The notes: generated by a model not told the origin, from the letters alone. Shown: positions 22,373-34,847, counted from the stretch's first letter. The stretch is DNA of 64,000 nt from an uncultured Hormoscilla sp. (GCA_963921275.4 OZ001293.3:1536001-1600000); one strand, 5' to 3'. Program-made: numbers and translations.

Positions 22373-23796
22373 TAACCCTTTCAGGGAAACGAAAAGCTCT
22401 TTCTTGTCGTCAGGAGTCAATTCACTGTCATTGAGTGGAAATCCATTTCGACCCAGAGCTAATGGCGGTGATATTACTATCGACACGGGATGGTTAATCC
22501 TTGCCGATGGGGCGCGGATATCTGCGGAGACTCAAGGGATTGGCAATGCAGGGAATTTGTCCATCCGGGCCTCTGAGGGAGTACAGTTGAGGGGAGTTGA
22601 CAATGAGGGTCAGGGCAGTTCCTTGCTTACCACAGTCTCACAAAGCGCGATCGGGGATGCGGGAGCCATCACCATAGAAACAGACAGGTTAATGGTCGCT
22701 GATGGGGCGAGCATTTTATCGGAGACTCTGGGCAACGGCAATAGCGGTAATGTAGTAGTACGGGCCCAGTTTTTGCGCGCTCAAAATCAGTCCCAACTCA
22801 GTGTCAGCTCGCAAATACCAGAGAATTTTGGGGCGGGGACTTTGGAGATTGTGGCGGACAAAATAGAACTGGAAAATCAAGCTAGTTTCCGGGCCGAAAC
22901 AGCAGCAGGCGATCGGGGGAACATTAACGTCGAAAGCCAAGATTTGCGATTGCGCCGCGATGCCTTTATCAGCACGAACGCTACCGGAACGGCAACGGGG
23001 GGCAATATTACCATCAATGCTGATACGATCGTCAGTTTGTCGAACAGCGATATTAGCGCCAATGCTATACAAGGATCGGGGGGAAATATATTTATTGGGA
23101 CTTCTGGGATATTTCTATCTCCTGATAGCGAAATAACGGCTACTTCTGAGTTTGGGGTGACGGGAACGGTGACCATCTTCAACCCCGAGGCGGATACTAG
23201 TGGTGGGTTATTGAAGCTGCCAGAAAACCCAGTTGATGCGTCCAGTCTGCTGGGAAAAGACTTCTGTGAAGTGAGTAAAGATAGCTCTTTCATCATTACT
23301 GGACGAGGTGGCATACCTGCGAATCCCCACGACTATCTCTCTCCTAACTCTGTGAGGGTTAACTTGGTGGATCCGGTAATCTCTGATGATTCTGCCACAT
23401 CATCTTCAGAAAATGTCTCTCGTCGAAGAGTGCGACCTGAAGTCAATTGGAAAAGGGAAAGGCCGATTGTCGAAACCACAGGTTTTGTGCAACATCCCGA
23501 TGGGACGATCGAGCTAGTTGCCGATGCGTCCGCTGGGCCAAGTGTGTTAAAACCCGTTAATTGTCATGATTTAGCAAGAGATGGCTAACGAACGCTCTCC
23601 TTTTTTTAACAGGAGTTACCGCACAAGTTTAACCATCGCGACAGGCGATCGCCCCATTAGGGTGCTGCTATCATCTAATACCAATGCCAAGATGCTAATG
23701 ACTAATATCTATTCTCTATTCTTGTATTATATCAACATATTAATCAATGTAAATGGACTGAATATAAAAGGCGCTCGCGCCATCTCAGACAAAAGA

Positions 23797-26300
23797 TTAA
23801 TCAGCTTCGCCAATGAGAGTGAAAGCTGCCCAGTCTTCGGGGTTGGGGTATTGTTGCATGGTGGCGAGAATTGCCTGACGCAGGGCTTGGGCTTTATCGG
23901 TGGTGCGCTGAAGATTTTGATAAAAGGAGACCATCAAATATTTGGTAGGGTCATCGAGGACTTTCCACAGAGAGACGACTAAACTGGGAACCCCTGCGGC
24001 AATAAAAGAACGAGATAGTCCAATCACCCCATCGCCACTGATGCGCCCCCGGCCCCTGTCGCAGGCACTCAGCACTACAAGTTCAGCAGTTAACTTCAAA
24101 TTGATGATTTCTCGCGCTGTCAAAAAGCCATCCTCTTTACCAGAAGGGGTGAAGGTAAGGGCACTTTGAAAGCCTCCAATTTTATCCAGCAAGCCATGAG
24201 TAGCCAAGTGAATATGCCTTGCATCTACCATCTGTTGTACTACTGCCGGTTCTGTAGCTTGGCTGCCAATCAGGGGTTGACTGCCCAGCAAGGAAGCGAT
24301 CGCCTTTGCTTCTGCTTCGGCCCCAGGCAAACTAGATAGCTGTTTCATGGGCTCATTGAGCCTAGTCTGCAAACTGGGCATGGCAGGATTGCCTACCACC
24401 AAATTCTGTCCCGAACTGCTTTGTGGCAAGCGTTGTCGTTGTTGGCGAGTTAAGTCCAGCACTTGAATTGCTGGTGCTGTCAGGAGCGTATGCTTTTCAA
24501 TCAGATATTTGTTGTTGGCATCCAGCAAAGCCGGAAAAGGTACCAGAAATAAGCCATCTTGAGGGATAAGGTAACGCGGGCTTCTGGGTTTGGGGGCAGC
24601 AAATCAGCAATAGGTGCAATCAAAACTTGATGCAGTTGCTGGAGTTGTTGTTTGTGTCGGCAAGACCGACGCCAGAAGCAACGGGCCCGAGAAATTACTT
24701 TTGTTAAGGTATTATCCAGCTGGCTGAGGTTGCTGCGACGAAAGGTGATTTTACCATCAGGCTGAATTACCCAAATATACAGGCCGATCGCCCGAGGTGG
24801 CGATTTACTAAATTTGAGCAAACTTTGCCTGGGGCGATCGTAGATAACGGAGTATTGCACCAAAGTCGAATTCTGGGCTTTAGCAATGTCTCGCAGTTGG
24901 CCGATAGTTGGCGCAGGTGCGAGGGATTGAGATTTGGGGTCAGCCCCTAAATTAAGGGTTAATAAATCCACAAAAGCACGGGCGCGACCTGCTTCTGCAA
25001 GCACTAAAGCTTCATCAGTGCGGTTTTGAGCCACTAACATTTCTTGCTGGGTCCGGTAGATATCCGATGCCCATTCCCGGATGTTAATATTCAGGTCATC
25101 CCGACTCATCGCGAACAGATTAGTATTGCCCAATACTTGGCTTAGCAAGCGGGCGTGAATTTTCAGGGCAGACTCTAAATTTCGGCCAGCCGCTGTAAAC
25201 TTCCCTGCCCGAAATTGAATAGTGCCTAAATGTCCTAAGGCCCAGGCTTGAGAAATATCAGCATCCCCTGCAGATTCCTGGTTCATCTCTTGATAAAGCC
25301 CGAGACTTTGCTTTTGTAAATCGATCGCCTTTGGATAATTTTCCAGATGGGCGTAGGTGCGGCTGAGATAATCTAGAGATTAAGCTTGCCGGAATTGGCT
25401 CAAATATTGGTTGTCGCTATTTTTGGCGATCACCAAACTTTCTGCTAACAGAGAAATCACCTTCTGAGAGTCACCCAAGGGGGCATAGAGTAGGGCCAAT
25501 TGTTGCAATGCTTGCCATTGACCTTGGATGTCTCCCCCCTGTCGCGCCAACTGCAACGCTTGTGTTTGAGATGCGATCGCCCGGTCAGCTTCATTAATCA
25601 CGTGAGACCAACTACTTTGGGTTTGCAGGACAATAGTTTCCAACCGAGGGTCTCCCGATGCTCGGGCAACTGCTAGCATGCGATCGAGGGTAGCTTTCAG
25701 TTTGGTTTTCTGTTTTGCTGCCCCGTAAGCACTCGCTAACTGACTTAGGGTTAACACCTCTTGCAAGGGGTCATTCAGTTCCTGCACCAAAGGTAAATAT
25801 TGTTCGTAAGCTGCAATTGCTTTTGGATATTCTGTATTTGCCAGATAAGCTAGAGCCAGCTTTCCTAAGACAATGCGTTCTATGTTGCGATCGGCACTCC
25901 CTCTTGCCAGTTGTAACTGTTCTTCGTAGAATTCGATTCCCTGGTAATCTCCCAACTTGCTGTAGGCATTACCTAGCATAGTCAGCACATTTTCTATTAT
26001 CGCATATTCTTTAATTTCCGTCGCGATCGCCCAAGCTTTTTGATAAACTGCAACTGCTTTCTGGTATTCCCCCATGTATTGATAAGCCTGTCCTACCCCT
26101 GTCCACACCCGTAATTCTTGCAGTCTCTCTCCCGATTGTCGTGCTATTGCCAAATTGCTTTCAAATTGATTAATTATTTCCCGATAATATTCTCGTAATT
26201 GTTCCGATTCTTGGGCAACAATCATCTGCCTATATCCCAAACCAAACAGTAAAACCACGAGACTAATTAATTTGATTAATGTATGATTTTTCCTTGCCAT
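23797..26300 (-). pseudogene. TPR + CHAT domain protein, split in three
   Basis: IHLATHG, LVVLSAC and WAAFTLIG motifs; TPRs upstream; stop at 25380 and frameshift near 24530-24560. Confidence 0.85.
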
Positions 26301-26461
26301 TTTATTTCCTCAAAAATCTTCTCAATTTTTCATTCTCAAGTTAAACATTAAGCTGTCGTTCATTTAAATTGCATAGGCCGATCTGCTGAGATCCTTGCTC
26401 TCAAAGACTTTCCCAATTTTGAATTTTGAATTTTGAATTGCTTAGGTGCCCACCCTACTAT

Positions 26462-28330
26462 TTATTCTCGACTGAGGCGAATTTCACGAGCTTTGTCTAA
26501 GCTAGCACTAGCCTCCTCCGGGCGATCGAGTGACTGCAACAGATGACCCCGAACCTCCCAAGCTTCATAGTAGTCAGGTTCAATTTCAATCGCTTTGTCT
26601 AAGCTAGCGATCGCCTCTTCTAACCTATCCAATTTTTCTAGAGCCTGACCCAGATCGTACCAAGCTTCTGGGAGGTTTGATTGCAATTTAATCGCTTTAT
26701 CAAAACTCTCGATCGCCTCTTCGTAGCGTTCCAACTCAAATAAAACCTCACCTCTGCTATACCAAGAAAGGTAAAAATCTGGTTTCAATTCTAGCACGCG
26801 ATCGAAGCTAGAGAGGGCCTCATCGTAGCGTTCTAAATCAAACAGAGTCTTGCCTCGATTGTACCAGGAATCTTGGTTATCTGGTTTATATTCAATGGCG
26901 CGATCGAAGCTAGACAGCGCCTCTTCATATCGGCTTAAATCGTATAGAGCAAAGCCACGATTGTGCCAGTAAAGGTAGTCCGAGGGATTAATTTCGGTAG
27001 CTTTATCCCAGCTAGCGATCGCCTCTTCGGGACGTGACAAATTAAACAAGGCCATGCCTCGGTTTAACCAAGCAGACTCGTCATCCTCTTGGCAAGCAAT
27101 GGCGCGATCGAAGCTAGAGAGTGCCTCATCGTAGCGTTCTAAATTAAACAGTGCTACGCCTCGGAATTTCCAGACTTGGCCGTCCGATGGTTTAATTTCC
27201 AGAACCTTGTCCCAGCTAGCGATCGCCTCATCCGGGCGTCCTAAATTAGTTAGCACGTAGCCCCGCATCTGCCAAGCTGCATGTAAGTTTGGTGAAAGGG
27301 CGATCGCCTTATCTAATCTCGCGATAGCCTCCGAGAAACGTCCCAAATTCGCCAGGGCCACCCCTCGGTTGTTCCAAGCATCAGGAAAATTAGGTTGAAT
27401 GGCGATCGCCTTCTCATAGCTAGCGATCGCCTTATCAAAGCGTCCTAAATTCATCAACGCCAAGCCCAGATTATTCCAAGCTTCTTGCTTGTCAGCTTTG
27501 ATCGCCAGGGCCCGCTCGTAGCTTGCGATCGCCTCTTGGTACTGTTCTAAATTCATCAGCGCCAAGCCCCTATTATACCATGCTTCGTCGTAGTCAGGTT
27601 GAATTTGACAAGTTTTTTCCCAACTAGCAATAGCAGCAGCCAAATCACCCGCATTATATTGTTTATTACCCTGATTGAACCAAGCAGTAGCTTCATCAGT
27701 AGCAGCAGGCTGTCGAGCGATTATTGTCTGAATAATTACTTGTGGATCTGTAGTTTCAATTCCTAGCTGCTGCGCCATTTGCGCAACTAAGTTGGAGTCT
27801 TGCTGCAACAGCACCAATAATTCATCCAGACTAATAGGTTTGGTCTCTGGTACAGTCGAATTAGCATCAGGTCCGTCATATTCCCAGATTTCAGCATCCT
27901 CCTGGTTTGGTCTAGACAGCTGCATCCCGATTTCATAAGCCGTCGCTCCAATTTGCTGGATAGAAGGGATAGCCCTCGTCTGGTCCCCCAGCTGCATCAT
28001 CCGCGCTGCCAACTGCTGATTCGGTGCCGGTGCGGCGTCCCCTGGGTAGTGCGAGTAGCGCTCCCAGGGGACGCCGCACGCCAGGAGCTTTTCTCCAAAG
28101 CGCCCCAGCCATTCTACCCATTGCTCCGGCTTGCCCCGGTCCGACAGCTTCTCAAAAAACTGTAATATGCGATCGGGCTGCCAGCCCCGTGCCACCCCTT
28201 CTAGCAACTGCTCGAACAAAAATTCATAATCAGCATCCGTCAGGGGCGGGGACTCTCCAGGGGATTTTGTGGACTCTCCGGACTGGTTGGTGTCGTCCCC
28301 GTCAAACAACCGCTGCCATAATTTAATCAT
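26462..28330 (-). CDS. Tetratricopeptide repeat protein
   Basis: Many AWxNRG...EEAIAS(Y/F)D repeats. Confidence 0.9.
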   Translation of the reverse strand: MIKLWQRLFDGDDTNQSGESTKSPGESPPLTDADYEFLFEQLLEGVARGWQPDRILQFFEKLSDRGKPEQWVEWLGRFGEKLLACGVPWERYSHYPGDAAPAPNQQLAARMMQLGDQTRAIPSIQQIGATAYEIGMQLSRPNQEDAEIWEYDGPDANSTVPETKPISLDELLVLLQQDSNLVAQMAQQLGIETTDPQVIIQTIIARQPAATDEATAWFNQGNKQYNAGDLAAAIASWEKTCQIQPDYDEAWYNRGLALMNLEQYQEAIASYERALAIKADKQEAWNNLGLALMNLGRFDKAIASYEKAIAIQPNFPDAWNNRGVALANLGRFSEAIARLDKAIALSPNLHAAWQMRGYVLTNLGRPDEAIASWDKVLEIKPSDGQVWKFRGVALFNLERYDEALSSFDRAIACQEDDESAWLNRGMALFNLSRPEEAIASWDKATEINPSDYLYWHNRGFALYDLSRYEEALSSFDRAIEYKPDNQDSWYNRGKTLFDLERYDEALSSFDRVLELKPDFYLSWYSRGEVLFELERYEEAIESFDKAIKLQSNLPEAWYDLGQALEKLDRLEEAIASLDKAIEIEPDYYEAWEVRGHLLQSLDRPEEASASLDKAREIRLSRE

Positions 28331-28461
28331 TTGCCCTCCTAGAACTCATTGCTCCTTAATTTTAAGCGCGAGCACGATAACGAAAGATGAGCAGTCACAT
28401 ATAAAATAAGATAAGATACAATTCATTGTATGAACCAGATTTGATTGACAGAATATAAGTT

Positions 28462-29823
28462 ATGGCACTGCCTATAGTAGCGATTATTGGACGCCCGAAT
28501 GTAGGAAAGTCCGCGATGGTGAATCGTCTGGCGGGCAATCAGCAGGCGATCGTACATGACGAACCGGGAATAACCCGCGATCGCACCTATCGGACCGCCT
28601 TCTGGCAAGACCGGGAATTTCAGGTGGTGGACACTGGCGGCTTAGTATTTGACGATGATACCGAATTTTTGCCTCTGATCCGAGAACAGGCAATGGCAGC
28701 ATTAGCAGAAGCAAGTGCGGCCCTGTTCGTCGTGGACGGACAAGCTGGACCAACCCCAGCAGACGCCGAAATTGCCCAATGGCTGCGCCAACAATCGGTA
28801 CCAGTGCTGCTAGCGGTGAATAAATGCGAATCGGTAGAACAAGGACCGATCCAGGCGACCCAATTTTGGGAACTAGGTCTAGGGGAACCCTTCCCCCTGT
28901 CCGCCATTCACGGCAACGGTACCGGGGAATTGCTGGACGAGTTGATCTCTCACTTGCCTCTGGTATCAGAAATTCCAGACATCCAGGAAACCAAAGTCGC
29001 GATCGTCGGACGCCCGAATGTCGGCAAATCCAGTTTATTGAACGCCTTTCTGGGGGAAAAACGGGCCATTGTCAGTCCCATATCAGGCACTACCCGGGAT
29101 GCCATTGATACTGTAGTAGAACGGGATGGGAAAAGATACCGATTAATTGACACCGCAGGGATTAGAAAAAAGAAAAACGTCGAGTACGGTGCAGAATTCT
29201 TTGGCATCAATCGTGCCTTCAAAGCTATTCGGCGCTCGGATGTGGTATTGTTGGTAATCGATGTTATAGATGGCATCACCGAGCAAGACCAAAAACTAGC
29301 CAGTCGCATCGCCGACGAGGGACGGGCATGCGCGATCGTGGTCAATAAATGGGATGCGATCGAGAAAGACTCCTACACGCTCTTCGATTATCAGAGACAT
29401 GTCAAAGACCGGCTATATTTTCTCGATTGGGCAGAAAGCATTTTTGTCAGCGCCATCACGGGTCAGCGAGTCAAAAAGATTCTGGATCTGGTGGACAAAG
29501 CGGCAGAACAGCACCAGCGGCGGGTGAGCACCTCTGTAATTAATGAAGTGCTACAGGAAGCTATCAGTTGGCACTCTCCCCCAACCAACCGACAAGGACG
29601 ACAGGGCAAAATCTATTATGGCACTCAAGTCAGGAGTCAGCCACCGACGATCGCCCTATTTGTGAATGACCCCAAACGCTTTAACGAAAACTACCGGCGG
29701 TACATAGAGGGTCAGTTACGGCAAAATCTGGGCTTTACCGGGACACCAATACGCTTGTTGTGGCGGGGCAAAAAAGCAAGGGATGTCGAAGATGTGACCG
29801 TCAACAGAGCCGTCCGCGTATAA
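28462..29823 (+). CDS. der: Ribosome biogenesis GTPase Der (EngA)
   Basis: Two GRPNVGKS G-domains with DTGG/DTAG and NKCE/NKWD. Confidence 0.97.
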   Translation: MALPIVAIIGRPNVGKSAMVNRLAGNQQAIVHDEPGITRDRTYRTAFWQDREFQVVDTGGLVFDDDTEFLPLIREQAMAALAEASAALFVVDGQAGPTPADAEIAQWLRQQSVPVLLAVNKCESVEQGPIQATQFWELGLGEPFPLSAIHGNGTGELLDELISHLPLVSEIPDIQETKVAIVGRPNVGKSSLLNAFLGEKRAIVSPISGTTRDAIDTVVERDGKRYRLIDTAGIRKKKNVEYGAEFFGINRAFKAIRRSDVVLLVIDVIDGITEQDQKLASRIADEGRACAIVVNKWDAIEKDSYTLFDYQRHVKDRLYFLDWAESIFVSAITGQRVKKILDLVDKAAEQHQRRVSTSVINEVLQEAISWHSPPTNRQGRQGKIYYGTQVRSQPPTIALFVNDPKRFNENYRRYIEGQLRQNLGFTGTPIRLLWRGKKARDVEDVTVNRAVRV

Positions 29824-30238
29824 GCTATGGTAAACGGGGAGCATCCATATTTGCCAAAATAGCCTCCGGGGATCTCGCGCAGTGCCCGACAGGGCATGCA
29901 TTCGGGCGAAAAAATTATGACATAAATCGACAAATAAACGATTCCGTTTGCTTCGCCCGCCGCGTCGTGAGATGCACCTTCAGTGGCTCATACTTGTAGA
30001 GAACTACCCCATTTTATAAATGGGCTCTGATTTATGCTAGCTATAACCTAAGTTGCTACCTATAGAAAATCAAGGTCAAAAGCAACCAAAATCATCCCAT
30101 ATCGCCTTGTAATTTACCAAAATGGCATTTTGGTGGATTCAATTGCCAAAAATGGCTGTTTCGGACGGAGAAATTTTTATAGGTAGCAACTTGAGTTAGC
30201 TATAATATAAATTATTATCTGCTGAAGTGGTGCGAGTT

Positions 30239-30748
30239 ATGGCAAACAGGTCAAATATAAAAATAATTGTAGGTGCAGGAGCTACCATCATCGCGGCTCT
30301 AATACCGCTGATATGGAATCAGTGGATAAAGCAGAAGCTGTCTAGTCTTGAAAAGGTTTATCAGATAAAAGATCAATTTGTGCTCCGATGTAATAGTCAA
30401 GGTCAGACTTGTGACAAAATATACGAACGAGAAATCCCTACCAGTGGAACGATCGAAATAGAGTATCGGGTTCCTTCAATCCCCGGCTCCACCCACTGCT
30501 CACCTATTAAAGTCACTTTCTTGCTGAACGGGAAACAATTTTACACGAGTTCAATCTTGGGTTGGTCGAATGCGCCCGATGAGTTCTCGCAGTGGCCACT
30601 AACCACGAACTTGATTTCAGCGCCAGAAGCACCGTCGGGCAATAATATGATTGGTATCCGGGCGACGGGAGAGCCGTTTGGGTGTAACAAGGGACGTCTT
30701 TCGGGCTGGGGAGGAGATGTGCGAATCCAGTATTCGCTACCTGATTAA
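30239..30748 (+). CDS. Hypothetical membrane-anchored protein
   Basis: N-terminal hydrophobic helix; Cys-containing domain. Confidence 0.6.
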   Translation: MANRSNIKIIVGAGATIIAALIPLIWNQWIKQKLSSLEKVYQIKDQFVLRCNSQGQTCDKIYEREIPTSGTIEIEYRVPSIPGSTHCSPIKVTFLLNGKQFYTSSILGWSNAPDEFSQWPLTTNLISAPEAPSGNNMIGIRATGEPFGCNKGRLSGWGGDVRIQYSLPD

Positions 30749-30846
30749 TTAAGGTCAATCATGGGGCTCATTAATCGCCAGTCACCAGTCCCCATTCCCC
30801 AGTCCCCATTCACAAATCACCAGTCACCATTCAAAAATCTTAGTCA

Positions 30847-31737
30847 ATGGACTTACTGCGTAGTCTCCCGATCGGGCTATATCTCGAACAACCGGTTACC
30901 TGGCTGCACCGGATAGACCCCAGAGTGAAACTCGGCTGGTTGCTGAGCTTTCTACTGGCTCCAATTTTAGCGAGCACGGAGTTTAGAATCATACTGGTGG
31001 TGCTGCTGATGCTGCTGACCCTGACAGCGTCAATACCTTGGCGGGTGTGGCGTCAGCAGTCAGGTTGGCTGCTACTATTAGCCGTGTTTGTGGTCATCAT
31101 CACCGCGATCGCTGGGGATGGACTGGTAATCCCATCTCAACCCCGCCTCCCGGCCAACGATGTAGTTTATCCCCAGCCTACCGACTACCACTATATCTTG
31201 TTAGACCTGGATCTGAAGCTATTCGCGATCGAAGTTACCCGCCGCTCCTTGGATCTGGGCCTGCGAGTTGCTACCTTAATCTTTACAGTCATCTACAGTA
31301 CCAACCTGTATCTGCTGACCACGGCCCCAGAGGAAATAACAGCCGGTCTTGAGGACCTGATGGCACCCCTGAAGCGGGTGAAGGTGCCAGTAACGGAAAT
31401 AGCCCTCACCTTGACCCTGTCCCTCAGATTTATCTCCCTAGTGCTCGAAGAAGTACAGAATTTAGTTCGCTCTGTACAGACACGAGCCATCAACTGGAAA
31501 AAGCTCGGTCTCAAGCGTAGTGCTCGGGTTTGGTTGATAGTAGCCCAGCGGCTGCTGGAAAATCTGCTATTGCGGGCGGACCAAATTGCCAGTGCCATGA
31601 CAGTGCGCGGCTTTACCAGTCCCGATCGACATCGGGTACAGTGGCACCAGCTTCGCTTAAAATGGGGTGATTGGCTAGTGTTAGTTCTGTTGGCTATACT
31701 TTGGGTCACTCGCTTAATCTGGGGCACTCAGGCTTGA
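30847..31737 (+). CDS. ECF transporter T component (CbiQ/EcfT family)
   Basis: MDLLRSLPIGLY, DPRVK, LSLRF and AMTVRGF motifs. Confidence 0.9.
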   Translation: MDLLRSLPIGLYLEQPVTWLHRIDPRVKLGWLLSFLLAPILASTEFRIILVVLLMLLTLTASIPWRVWRQQSGWLLLLAVFVVIITAIAGDGLVIPSQPRLPANDVVYPQPTDYHYILLDLDLKLFAIEVTRRSLDLGLRVATLIFTVIYSTNLYLLTTAPEEITAGLEDLMAPLKRVKVPVTEIALTLTLSLRFISLVLEEVQNLVRSVQTRAINWKKLGLKRSARVWLIVAQRLLENLLLRADQIASAMTVRGFTSPDRHRVQWHQLRLKWGDWLVLVLLAILWVTRLIWGTQA

Positions 31738-31826
31738 TGACAGTGTTGCAGACAAGCCTAGGGCAGGCCAGGGACAGCAGGTCGATCTGTCTGTTTTCAT
31801 TGATTGTCCTCCCTTCCTGAACTTGA

Positions 31827-32093
31827 ATGTCGGAAAATTACCTAAATCATCCCACTTTTGGTCTACTTTTCAGAATATGTGTAGTGGAAGCAGGTGGGGA
31901 ATTGTTTACAACACTCTATGCTCAACGCCTGTTCTTTGTGGTCACGAACAGTCCAGATGGGCTAAAATTCGATCCAGTCAGTCGCAACGAGGCTCGCATT
32001 ATGGTGGAAAACCGCATGCGCTCTCTGCGTCGCACCGGTGAATTAAGCGAATACGATAAACTTCAGGTTATTCATAAGCGCACGTTCCAATGA
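31827..32093 (+). CDS. pipX: PII-interacting protein PipX
   Basis: ENYLNHPTFGLL and TLYAQRLFF motifs. Confidence 0.95.
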   Translation: MSENYLNHPTFGLLFRICVVEAGGELFTTLYAQRLFFVVTNSPDGLKFDPVSRNEARIMVENRMRSLRRTGELSEYDKLQVIHKRTFQ

Positions 32094-32767
32094 CAGGCAC
32101 CGTCGCCCAACGCATCGCAAACATTCGCTCCCAACTCCCGACCTCAGTCCGGCTGATAGCCGTCACCAAGCAGGTGCCAGTTGAGACTATGCGGGCAGCT
32201 TATGCCGCTGGCCTGCGTGATTTTGGCGAGAGTCGCATCCAAGAGGCGGCCACAAAACAGGCTCAGCTTCAGGACCTGCCAGATATCACCTGGCACCTGA
32301 TCGGACATCTGCAAAGCAATAAAGCCCAAAAGACCTTAGAACAATTCCACTGGATCCATTCCATTGACAGCCTCAAACTCGCACAAAGGCTCGATCTGCT
32401 GGCTGAGGGTCGATCTCGGAAGCCGCAAGTTTTGCTACAGGTAAAAATCCTCAGGGATCCCAATAAATCAGGTTGGACGATCCCAGAGCTGATGGCCGAC
32501 TTGCAGCAACTGGAGCAATGTCGGAACCTGAAGATTCAGGGTCTGATGAGCATTCCCCCTTTGAGACTAGAAACTGCCGAAATCGAAAAATTTTTTGAGC
32601 AAACTGCCCAATTAGCTGATAAAATAAGACAGCAAAACTGGTCCCATATCCAAATGCAGCATCTGTCTATGGGTATGTCGAATGATTACCAGTTGGCGGT
32701 GAGGGCCGGTGCGACAATGATGCGCTTAGGACGAATTTTATTTGCCGATGGCAGTAATGAGACTTAG
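32090..32767 (+). CDS. pipY: PLP homeostasis protein YggS/PipY
   Basis: IAVTK, WHLIGHLQSNK and LSMGMSND motifs; follows pipX. Confidence 0.93.
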   Translation: MTGTVAQRIANIRSQLPTSVRLIAVTKQVPVETMRAAYAAGLRDFGESRIQEAATKQAQLQDLPDITWHLIGHLQSNKAQKTLEQFHWIHSIDSLKLAQRLDLLAEGRSRKPQVLLQVKILRDPNKSGWTIPELMADLQQLEQCRNLKIQGLMSIPPLRLETAEIEKFFEQTAQLADKIRQQNWSHIQMQHLSMGMSNDYQLAVRAGATMMRLGRILFADGSNET

Positions 32768-32903
32768 TAGACGGCTTGCTGTAGTAGCACTTCTAAAAAG
32801 AGGTGGTATAAGTAAAATAAACTTCCCGATCGCATCTTTTATGCTAGTGGGCGCTCTAGGGTAGAAGGGAAGTATGATGTAGATTTTGGAGGGTTTGTCA
32901 ACC

Positions 32904-33482
32904 ATGAACAATCTGTTTTCTAAGTTACGAGATTTCGTAGGTATCAATGAACCAGCTTATGATTACGGGTATGAGGAAATGGATCCCGAAGATTACCAAA
33001 ACATTTACAGAGAAGAGCATCCCGAACCAGAGGAAGAACCACGTCCGAGACGTAGGTCGCGGGAACGCTTAGATGTAGCACAGGAAACAGGAGTCACGCA
33101 AAACATGAATAATGTAATCGGGATGCCAGGAGCGGTAAACGGCATGTCAGAAGTGATGGTAATGGAACCGCGTACTTTTGAGGAAATGCCTCAAGCGATT
33201 CAAGCGCTACGGGAGAGGAAGTCTGTTGTCCTGAATCTGACGATGATGGACCCAGATCAGGCGCAACGAGCTGTAGATTTTGTGGCTGGTGGCACCTATG
33301 CTATTGACGGTCACCAAGAACGGATAGGGGAAAGCATCTTTCTGTTCACTCCCAGTTGTGTCCAGGTGAGAACTCAGTCGGTGGGCGAGGGTCCCCAGTC
33401 GCAAATGCGCCCAGTGCGTCCAGCGGTGGCGGTGACTCCATCCTCGGCATGGACAGATGAACCGGCACGGATGGCTCAGTAG
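32904..33482 (+). CDS. sepF: Cell division protein SepF
   Basis: [11 protein letters not shown]...IFLFTP motif; ATG at 32904. Confidence 0.93.
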   Translation: MNNLFSKLRDFVGINEPAYDYGYEEMDPEDYQNIYREEHPEPEEEPRPRRRSRERLDVAQETGVTQNMNNVIGMPGAVNGMSEVMVMEPRTFEEMPQAIQALRERKSVVLNLTMMDPDQAQRAVDFVAGGTYAIDGHQERIGESIFLFTPSCVQVRTQSVGEGPQSQMRPVRPAVAVTPSSAWTDEPARMAQ

Positions 33483-33543
33483 GACAGGAGATCGGCCCGT
33501 CCTACGCGCCCGGACAACTGACAAGTATCAATTAGCAAAAAAA

Positions 33544-34341
33544 GTGTCTGTAAAACTTGGCATAATTGGTGGCGGGGTAATGGGAGAAGCTCTCTTATCC
33601 TGCTTAATTGCGCGGCAGATATATCTTGCTTCAGAGATTTTGGTGAGCGAACCGATGCCGCAAAGGCGCGATTTGTTGGCGCAGCAATATGAGGTGGAAT
33701 TGACGACGGATAATCATGCGGCGGCGGCGGCGACCGAGGTGTTGCTGTTGGCGATTAAACCCCAGGTGTTTGCAGTGGTGGCGGCAGATTTGGCAGGGGT
33801 AAAGGTGCCAGTAGTGGTGTCAATTTTGGCGGGCGTGCCTTTGAGTAAGTTGGAAGCGGGGTTTCCTGAACGACCGGTGGTGAGAGTGATGCCGAATACT
33901 CCTGCAACGGTGGGGGCGGGGATAAGTGCGATCGCCTCTGGTAAGCATGTATCCCCGGACCAGGTAGATCTGGTCAAGAGAATTTTGCAAGCTGTGGGTG
34001 AAGTGGTGGAGGTGCCAGAATACCTGATGGATGCGGTGACGGGTTTATCTGGCTCGGGCCCTGGCTATGTGGCAATTATGATCGAAGCTTTGGCAGATGG
34101 GGGCGTTTGTGCGGGGCTGCCGAGGGCGATCGCCTCCCAGTTGGCGATCCAAACGGTACTGGGAACGGCCCAGTTGCTGCAAGAAACGGGGATGCATCCA
34201 GCCCAATTAAAAGACCGGGTTACCAGTCCTGGGGGTACTACAATTGCAGCAATTGCGAAACTAGAACAAGGGGGTTTCCGTTCGGCGTTGATAGAAGCGG
34301 TGCGAGAGTCAAGTAGGCGATCGCAAGAATTAGGAAGTTAA
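33544..34341 (+). CDS. proC: Pyrroline-5-carboxylate reductase
   Basis: GIIGGGVMG, RVMPNTP, TGLSGSGP and VTSPGGTT motifs; GTG start assumed. Confidence 0.95.
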   Translation: MSVKLGIIGGGVMGEALLSCLIARQIYLASEILVSEPMPQRRDLLAQQYEVELTTDNHAAAAATEVLLLAIKPQVFAVVAADLAGVKVPVVVSILAGVPLSKLEAGFPERPVVRVMPNTPATVGAGISAIASGKHVSPDQVDLVKRILQAVGEVVEVPEYLMDAVTGLSGSGPGYVAIMIEALADGGVCAGLPRAIASQLAIQTVLGTAQLLQETGMHPAQLKDRVTSPGGTTIAAIAKLEQGGFRSALIEAVRESSRRSQELGS

Positions 34342-34533
34342 GTCAACTTCTCATTTCCTCAAAGATATCTCGTTCCCTGACTCTGGCAGGGAACGTCCCT
34401 CTGGAGGCAGAGCCTCCCGTGCATCAACCGCAATGAAAACCCCAGACACCCGTCTGGCAGTTCCTCGTTGCGTCGCAGTGAAACTAGCAACGAGTTCCTG
34501 ATTTTCCTTAAGTTGACAGTCCTGGATGCACTC

Positions 34534-34803
34534 CTATCCATCATTGCTATCTCCCCAGTAAAACAATTCAAGTAAACCAACTGTACCGACAAAAAAAGTA
34601 TATGTTTCATAGGATATCTGGTTTTTGGGTTTGACAGAGAAAGCTGCGATCGCGGCTTCGAGTAAGTGCGAGATCAGAGCAAAGCGTTCGATCCAAAAAA
34701 TGATCTTCATAAATATGGGAATAGGCTTTGTAGGCTGCATAAATATGCCATAATTATAAGGCGATCGCGCTAGCGATGAGAACTGTAGAGATAATTTTGA
34801 CAA
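34534..34803 (-). CDS. Small hypothetical membrane protein or remnant
   Basis: HLLEAAIA...TFFVGTVGLLEL hydrophobic pattern. Confidence 0.4.
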   Translation of the reverse strand: MSKLSLQFSSLARSPYNYGIFMQPTKPIPIFMKIIFWIERFALISHLLEAAIAAFSVKPKNQISYETYTFFVGTVGLLELFYWGDSNDG

Positions 34804-34847
34804 ACAAGATAATTTGTTCTTTGTGGTTCTGTTTGAATTTCATTTAA

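Larger units (their letters stand above)
18490..23588 (+). pseudogene. Filamentous haemagglutinin-family exoprotein, N-truncated, interrupted by a group II intron and an ISAzo13-like element
   Basis: FGPNARLDIGGSF, GNAG repeats and ITGRGGIP tail; removing 19490-20432 and 20683-22375 gives a continuous frame (IDSG-N-LFGE; NNPSA-NPFRE). Confidence 0.88.
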
